A stretch of DNA of 64,000 nt from an uncultured virus (IMG/VR IMGVR_UViG_3300042374_001628) (lineage: Duplodnaviria; Heunggongvirae; Uroviricota; Caudoviricetes). The stretch lies in the IMG/VR virus record IMGVR_UViG_3300042374_001628, positions 1 through 64,000 of that record. The stretch is one strand, 5' to 3'. The translations under genes and the position numbers were made by a program. This document shows, piece after piece, positions 58,546 through 64,000 of this stretch (position 1 is the first letter of the stretch; each line of letters starts with the position of its first letter). The notes below the pieces were generated by a model, which saw only the letters and a list, made by a program, of their open reading frames with translations, had not been told where the DNA came from and did not search any database.

Positions 58546-59664
58546 ATGAATATTTTAGTCAAACAATTTCAAGAATTTTATAAAGAACCACAAACCAAAG
58601 TGTGTGGAAAATGGAATATTTCTATTTTAGATAGAAACGGTAACGAATCTTTTCCATTTGGAAAAGAAATGAAAAAAAATCTGATATTAAATCAAGGCTT
58701 AGATCTGTTAATTGCTGGCAAATATTATGGCGAATATTCAATTTTTAACTGGAATACAATACCATCATTTTTAATTGGTGGCGCTGTATATGGAAACGGA
58801 TTGCTGCCAGCAAATGAATCTGACATATCATTAACAAATGAAATTGCAGAAACTTCTATAATTAATGATGATTCTTGTAGCATTACAGATAATTATACGA
58901 ACGGAACGCGCACGTACAGAAAGGTATATGACTTTCCAACAATAGAGATTGGAGATCCGAATACTCAAATTAGTGAAGTTGGCCTATTTTCAAACTGGCG
59001 AAATAATAAAACTCTTTTTTCAAAATTTCTTTTACCAAGAGTTTTGCGGCTAGATTATGGGCAATGGATTAGATTATTTTATGATTTTACAATTGGTTCG
59101 GATATGATTGTAACCCCAAATAATATTAATTTATCGTCAGGCAGTTTTAACGCGTCTGGTTTAATGAAATTATGCGGAAGATTTGATGATATATTTGGCA
59201 GTTTTGATGCGAATGGGAACCCTGTAATTGTTTTCGGAGATTCTCCTCGTGCTTCTTTTATACCATTTTATGAAAATTTTTGCGCCGAGATATCCACATG
59301 TCAAACAGAATGTTTTGGAACCGCATATTTGTTAGCGCCAGGGATAAGCAACTTTAACGATACAAACACAAAAATCATATCCGAATGGATTGGCAATAGA
59401 TTAGAAAAAAATTTAAATACAATAAATCCATCAGAATATATAGATGGAAATTTTTATAGAGATATTGAATATATATTTGATTATAATAATCCAATTTATA
59501 ATGAATTAACTGAAGGAATATTATTTACAGTCCTTCGTGGTTCTGATACTAGCCCAAGACAAAACACAATTGATGGGTGGTTGTGGAAATTTAATAATGG
59601 TCAAATTAAACAATCATCAAAAAAAATTGTAATAGGATTAAGACAATCTATAAATAGAATATAA
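58546..59664 (+). CDS. Putative tail fibre attachment-like protein, paralog of 59665..61701
   Basis: KNLILNQGLD, ISEVGLF, LFSKF pattern of tail-collar type domains. Confidence 0.55.
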   Translation: MNILVKQFQEFYKEPQTKVCGKWNISILDRNGNESFPFGKEMKKNLILNQGLDLLIAGKYYGEYSIFNWNTIPSFLIGGAVYGNGLLPANESDISLTNEIAETSIINDDSCSITDNYTNGTRTYRKVYDFPTIEIGDPNTQISEVGLFSNWRNNKTLFSKFLLPRVLRLDYGQWIRLFYDFTIGSDMIVTPNNINLSSGSFNASGLMKLCGRFDDIFGSFDANGNPVIVFGDSPRASFIPFYENFCAEISTCQTECFGTAYLLAPGISNFNDTNTKIISEWIGNRLEKNLNTINPSEYIDGNFYRDIEYIFDYNNPIYNELTEGILFTVLRGSDTSPRQNTIDGWLWKFNNGQIKQSSKKIVIGLRQSINRI

Positions 59665-61701
59665 ATGAATACCGCGAATATAAATACATATTTTGGTGCA
59701 AAGTGGAATATCGAAGTATGTAAGTCTGGTGAAAATGGTATAGAATCTTATTTTCCATTAGGTGAAAAACTTAAAAATAATATGATTCTAGATCATTGGC
59801 TAGAATCACTTATTTATTTATATTCTCCTTCTGGTGGGGCAGTAAAGGCATATTGCGATAATGGGCTATCATTGGCAGGAATAACAAGAGGAGCAATGCA
59901 TATAGGTGCAGGTTCCATCCCGCCAAACTATCAACAAACTGGATTACAAATTCCATTAAAATCAACTTCATATATAAGGCCATTTTTTAATCAATGCACG
60001 GGCATTTATTATCCAGAATCAGGCATGGCCGTTATTAGTAAAAATTACGACTTTGGTATTGAAAATAATATAGTAACTTATTCAGAAGCTGGATTTCGGC
60101 CTGGCATTGCTGATGCGTTACCTACCGGAAAAAGAAATTGGCTATGGTCAAGATTTGTATTTACTAAAGAGACTGGAGTTTCTGGATATATATATGCAAA
60201 CAGCGGAAGTATGGGAATTACTGGAATGGATCTTAGCGGTGTATTTGTAGATAATAATCAGTATGATTTAAGAAAACCAACGGATCCACTTTATAATGGA
60301 CTTAGTGGATTGCCATCATTTGAATTGGGATGGAGATATAACTGGCCAGAAAATTCTGGTATGTTTTTAATTGATCAAAGCGGCAGCACTACAGGTTTTG
60401 TTTATAACCCTAAAAATATTACAGAGCTAGTAACTGGATTTATAAGTGGATATTTAAGTGGCGGAAATTTTTATCCATTTACATTATCATCTTATCCAGC
60501 AGAATCAAGTGGACTTAGTGGAATTTATTTGCAAGATGGGATAACAAATACTTTATATTTTTCATCTGGTGGATTTAATGAATTTTCTGGATTCACTGGA
60601 AAATATTTTAATACGAGTAGTGGATTTCAATACACTGGATTCGATCAAGGCTATTCTTTATACGGTAGTGGTTTTTATCCAACTAGCGGGATATTAACTG
60701 GTAGCATGACAGGAATTATTGGCTCAAGAAACGTACTAAAACTTGACGGGTATATTACAGGAACTATTGGATTTAAAAATATTACAAACCCAATAACTTT
60801 AAGCACAGGAGAATTTTTAAAATTAAGATATGATGTTTATATGCAGATACCTGCAATAGTTAACCCAATTTTAGTTACCGGCGACGATATAACTCATGGA
60901 GAATTTAACGGAAGCGGTCAATTAAAACTAATAGGCAAACAAACAAGCATGTTTGGCACAATCGATGGGGATGGAAAAGTTACCCCAGGTATTGGAATTT
61001 GGTGGCCACTTCATAGAACAAACTATTCAAAATATAGCCGAAGCCAATGGGATAATCTGGCGGAACCAAATGCTCACTTATCTGCATTAATGGTAGCAAG
61101 TGGAGTTAGCGGTGGTGGGGTAAATTTTAATGACTCTTTTCCAGAAACAAACACAACCTCTCCAATTGTTAGCGCGCAGCTTGATGATGAAATACGTTTT
61201 TGTGATACTCTTGAGCCAAAAATTGGAGACTGTGGAACCGGACTAAATAAACGATCTTATTTTGAAAAACGATACTATTCAAGCAAAGGATTAATGCAAA
61301 GCCCTTCATGGCCACTATACTCACATTCTGGTGTGCGCGTGTACAATTATATAGCGCATAACCGTCCATCTGCAATATGGCCAAAAAGCATAGATATTCA
61401 AATGATTTTTCCTGGACCTTATCCAAATCAAGATACTGGAATTAATGGTTTTTCTATATGTGGCGCATCAGAAGGAACGGTTTGCGGTGGAAGAACCATT
61501 GCGGATGGTCAAGGAAACGCATATAGACCCGAGCAATACATTAAGCCTACTTTATACGAAAATACAGGGGCGTATCTTGATTGCGGATTAACACTTCCAT
61601 ACTCTGCGTGGTATTATAAATTCAACAATCCACAAATGAAATATGAAGATCAAATAATTAATTTATATTTAACATTTTCTTTGGATAGAATAACTGTATG
61701 A
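59665..61701 (+). CDS. Putative tail fibre attachment-like protein with an SG/TG-rich insertion
   Basis: KNNMILD, YSEAGF, LWSRF; about 209-aa insertion relative to the paralog. Confidence 0.55.
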   Translation: MNTANINTYFGAKWNIEVCKSGENGIESYFPLGEKLKNNMILDHWLESLIYLYSPSGGAVKAYCDNGLSLAGITRGAMHIGAGSIPPNYQQTGLQIPLKSTSYIRPFFNQCTGIYYPESGMAVISKNYDFGIENNIVTYSEAGFRPGIADALPTGKRNWLWSRFVFTKETGVSGYIYANSGSMGITGMDLSGVFVDNNQYDLRKPTDPLYNGLSGLPSFELGWRYNWPENSGMFLIDQSGSTTGFVYNPKNITELVTGFISGYLSGGNFYPFTLSSYPAESSGLSGIYLQDGITNTLYFSSGGFNEFSGFTGKYFNTSSGFQYTGFDQGYSLYGSGFYPTSGILTGSMTGIIGSRNVLKLDGYITGTIGFKNITNPITLSTGEFLKLRYDVYMQIPAIVNPILVTGDDITHGEFNGSGQLKLIGKQTSMFGTIDGDGKVTPGIGIWWPLHRTNYSKYSRSQWDNLAEPNAHLSALMVASGVSGGGVNFNDSFPETNTTSPIVSAQLDDEIRFCDTLEPKIGDCGTGLNKRSYFEKRYYSSKGLMQSPSWPLYSHSGVRVYNYIAHNRPSAIWPKSIDIQMIFPGPYPNQDTGINGFSICGASEGTVCGGRTIADGQGNAYRPEQYIKPTLYENTGAYLDCGLTLPYSAWYYKFNNPQMKYEDQIINLYLTFSLDRITV

Positions 61702-62564
61702 TTATAGCCAATCAAAGATCTTCTGAAAAGCATAAATTCATACTTGTAGCCAATCAGTATTTTTCGCTAATTAATAAGCCACGAAACCTTCCAACTTACC
61801 AAATAGGGGCAATAACAGAATTGATAAACGCACTGTACGAATCAAATTTATGGGAAAAATTTGTTGCAGTATATCCATTCGTTGGCGATGGTAGTTCTGA
61901 AAAAAACAGTTTAAATTTAATAGATCCATATAAATATAAAATTAGCTGGAGCGGATCTATTATATTTAATAAATTTGGTATTAATGGAAATGGTGGGATA
62001 GGATTGACAGGAATTAAATTGGTTGATTTAAGCGATTTTACAAACGTTCATTTAAGCGCGTATACGCGCACAGCAATAACCAATACTATTGGGCGAGGAA
62101 GACTTATTGGGGCAAATACACAAAATAGACTTGTTGCCATAAGAGACGTTGGCGCGCTAGAAATAAATTATAATAAAGAAAATGGTATAGTTGGATTTGT
62201 TTATAATGTGCTAAACAATAGCGGTGGATTTGGTATGATTTATGAAAATATGTTAAATAATTCAATTTCTGGAAATGGCTTTTTAATAGCAAATAACAAC
62301 AATAAAGAAAAAAAATACGCAAAATGTTATCTCAATGGTTCTATTTTTGGAGAGCAATTTCCATTACTTCCAACAGAAATACACACAGCAAACCAGAGAA
62401 CGTTAACAATATTTGGAGATGGGTATGAAAACCTAAACACATCACCACTACGAGCCAATATTGCATTTGCCAGTATTGGATACGGTCTTTCAGATAATGA
62501 TATATTTAATTTTAATAAAATAGTACAATCTTTTCAGGTGGCAATGGATAGATCAGTAATGTAA
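61698..62564 (+). CDS. Putative virion protein, paralog of 57349..58545
   Basis: LWEKFVAVYPFVG...NSLNL; RANIAFASIGYGL...IVQSFQ. Confidence 0.6.
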   Translation: MIIANQRSSEKHKFILVANQYFSLINKPRNLPTYQIGAITELINALYESNLWEKFVAVYPFVGDGSSEKNSLNLIDPYKYKISWSGSIIFNKFGINGNGGIGLTGIKLVDLSDFTNVHLSAYTRTAITNTIGRGRLIGANTQNRLVAIRDVGALEINYNKENGIVGFVYNVLNNSGGFGMIYENMLNNSISGNGFLIANNNNKEKKYAKCYLNGSIFGEQFPLLPTEIHTANQRTLTIFGDGYENLNTSPLRANIAFASIGYGLSDNDIFNFNKIVQSFQVAMDRSVM

Positions 62565-62572
62565 TAAAAATA

Positions 62573-64000
62573 ATGGCAAGCGTTTTTTCAATTGAGAGTA
62601 TCAACCTAAATGGCGATATATTAACCGCAAATAATGGCAGTTTATATATTAACAATAATTTAGTAAAAAATACATCTGGAATACAACTTTCAGATAGATT
62701 TTTTATAAAAGGCTATGCTCCGATATCATTTTACTCCAAATGGCCACAGCAAGGAGATTATTTAAATGAAACGTATTTGAATGATTTTTTTATGGCTACT
62801 GGAATGCTTGTAACATGCAGCCAGCCAAGTACCGGAAATCAAATATTTTGGGGTGGATTTTATCAACGCCCAGCATCATCATCAATAGATACAACTGTAT
62901 TTGCAAACTTTGAATTACAACCAAAGCAAATCATACAGCATAACCCTATAAATTATAAAATTGAACGTGACAGAATTATAGGGCTAAATATATATAATGC
63001 ACCCGAAGATATGCGCTCTATCTCAATTCATTTGTTGGGATATTTTCCAGCAGCAGCTCATTTTGATAGGATGCCTAAGCAAATTAATTTTTATGCAAAA
63101 AATGCTCCTATCTATGGAGACAGTATTCATGAAGAATATTCTCAATGGGATTCGCTATATACTGGTGTTGGAATATACTGCTCAACGACTGGAATTGACA
63201 AATTAACATACACCCAACTAATAACTGGATATATTAGTGGCGTAGCTCAAAATGAACCATTATATGTATTATCTAAAAGTTTAGCAAAACAAAAATGCGA
63301 CCCATGCGATCCAGATATGGATTTTTCATCATGGAGTGGTTATTATTTAAATGAAAATAAAATAAATTTTCCAACAGGAAATAATTTTTCTGGACTATCT
63401 GGGCAAAATGGATTTTCCAACACTTCTGGCTTTTCATATACAGGATTTCAAATATTAAACAATCAAACAATATTAAATGGAATATATAGCGGCTACGGAG
63501 ATTCACTATTTGGATCTGGGGAAATGTTGCAAAGTATAGGATGGAGAAGTGGGGCTTTTATAGAGCCAATATCTGGATTTGTAAGCGGCTATACTGATCA
63601 ATACGGCACATTCAAACGCCTTTCCATTATTACCACTGGAGTTTCCGGCTCTGGGATAGATACTGGAATATTTAGGCTAGACTTAACTGGGTTTGTAATT
63701 GGATCAAGTGGTTACTTTATTAATGGTAAAAAATATTTTTTTCCATCAGATAGGCCAATTTCTTATAATATAGTTGGTTTCATGAGTGGCTATATGGATT
63801 CTATCGGTCGATTTTCAGGTTTTCAAAATCTAAATATCATATCAGGATCAAGTGGATATTTTATAAATACACCATCCGATTATGTGCAAGTATTTTTTCC
63901 TACTGGAAACTCTTTCAATAACTTTATTGGTATGTATGGAATTTATACTGGTAGCGGATACTCATCATATCATACTGGATTTTCATTTCCTCTTGGAAGT
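62573..64000 (+). CDS. SG/TG-rich putative fibre protein, truncated at the window edge (>=476 aa)
   Basis: Absent from the ORF track. ATG at 62573 (MASVFSIESINLNG...), open to the end on manual translation; shares a domain with 46383..47822; TGTAAT at 62560-62565. Confidence 0.8.
   Translation, partial: MASVFSIESINLNGDILTANNGSLYINNNLVKNTSGIQLSDRFFIKGYAPISFYSKWPQQGDYLNETYLNDFFMATGMLVTCSQPSTGNQIFWGGFYQRPASSSIDTTVFANFELQPKQIIQHNPINYKIERDRIIGLNIYNAPEDMRSISIHLLGYFPAAAHFDRMPKQINFYAKNAPIYGDSIHEEYSQWDSLYTGVGIYCSTTGIDKLTYTQLITGYISGVAQNEPLYVLSKSLAKQKCDPCDPDMDFSSWSGYYLNENKINFPTGNNFSGLSGQNGFSNTSGFSYTGFQILNNQTILNGIYSGYGDSLFGSGEMLQSIGWRSGAFIEPISGFVSGYTDQYGTFKRLSIITTGVSGSGIDTGIFRLDLTGFVIGSSGYFINGKKYFFPSDRPISYNIVGFMSGYMDSIGRFSGFQNLNIISGSSGYFINTPSDYVQVFFPTGNSFNNFIGMYGIYTGSGYSSYHTGFSFPLGS

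Noticed and set aside
72..63506. Numerous short antisense or alternate-frame ORFs (e.g. 7986..8525, 33229..33792, 44106..44516, 62997..63206)
   Set aside because: They are shadows of longer, well-supported genes and show no recognisable motifs
1..64000. Stop-codon reassignment
   Set aside because: Genes are full length and tightly packed in the standard code; TAG (2533, 53113) and TGA act as real stops
1..64000. CRISPR array, tRNA/rRNA genes, integrase, transposase
   Set aside because: Intergenic gaps are short and no such repeats, cloverleaves or motifs were seen by eye; not checked with software

Overview
64 kb, AT-rich, gene-dense segment of a large tailed dsDNA bacteriophage (Caudoviricetes, probably siphovirus-like: tail tube and 1680-aa tape measure, no sheath gene seen), standard genetic code. 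Four transcriptional blocks. (1) Minus 1-16289: nucleotide supply (dUTPase, dCMP deaminase, class II ribonucleotide reductase), a large sugar-nucleotide/glycosyltransferase cluster, an SSB-like gene and a sigma factor. (2) Plus 16415-21250: two more glycosyltransferase genes and ssDNA-handling candidates. (3) Minus 21255-57227: PhoH, a second sigma-like protein, ERCC4 nuclease, terminase, portal, fibre-like genes, protease/scaffold, capsid, neck, tail tube, tape measure, tail tip. (4) Plus 57349-64000: paralogous fibre/virion proteins. Best leads, all inferential: a phage-encoded virion glycosylation system whose candidate acceptors are strongly (S/T)-G-enriched surface proteins; a tape measure protein carrying a PD-(D/E)xK-like cassette bracketed by GFIPNF repeats; a TGTAAT late-promoter motif that also marks a nested scaffold gene; and a GT9 glycosyltransferase split across two genes. 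No tRNA, rRNA, CRISPR array, integrase or transposase was recognised. All family calls come from reading motifs by eye; no database search was run, and counts are hand counts.
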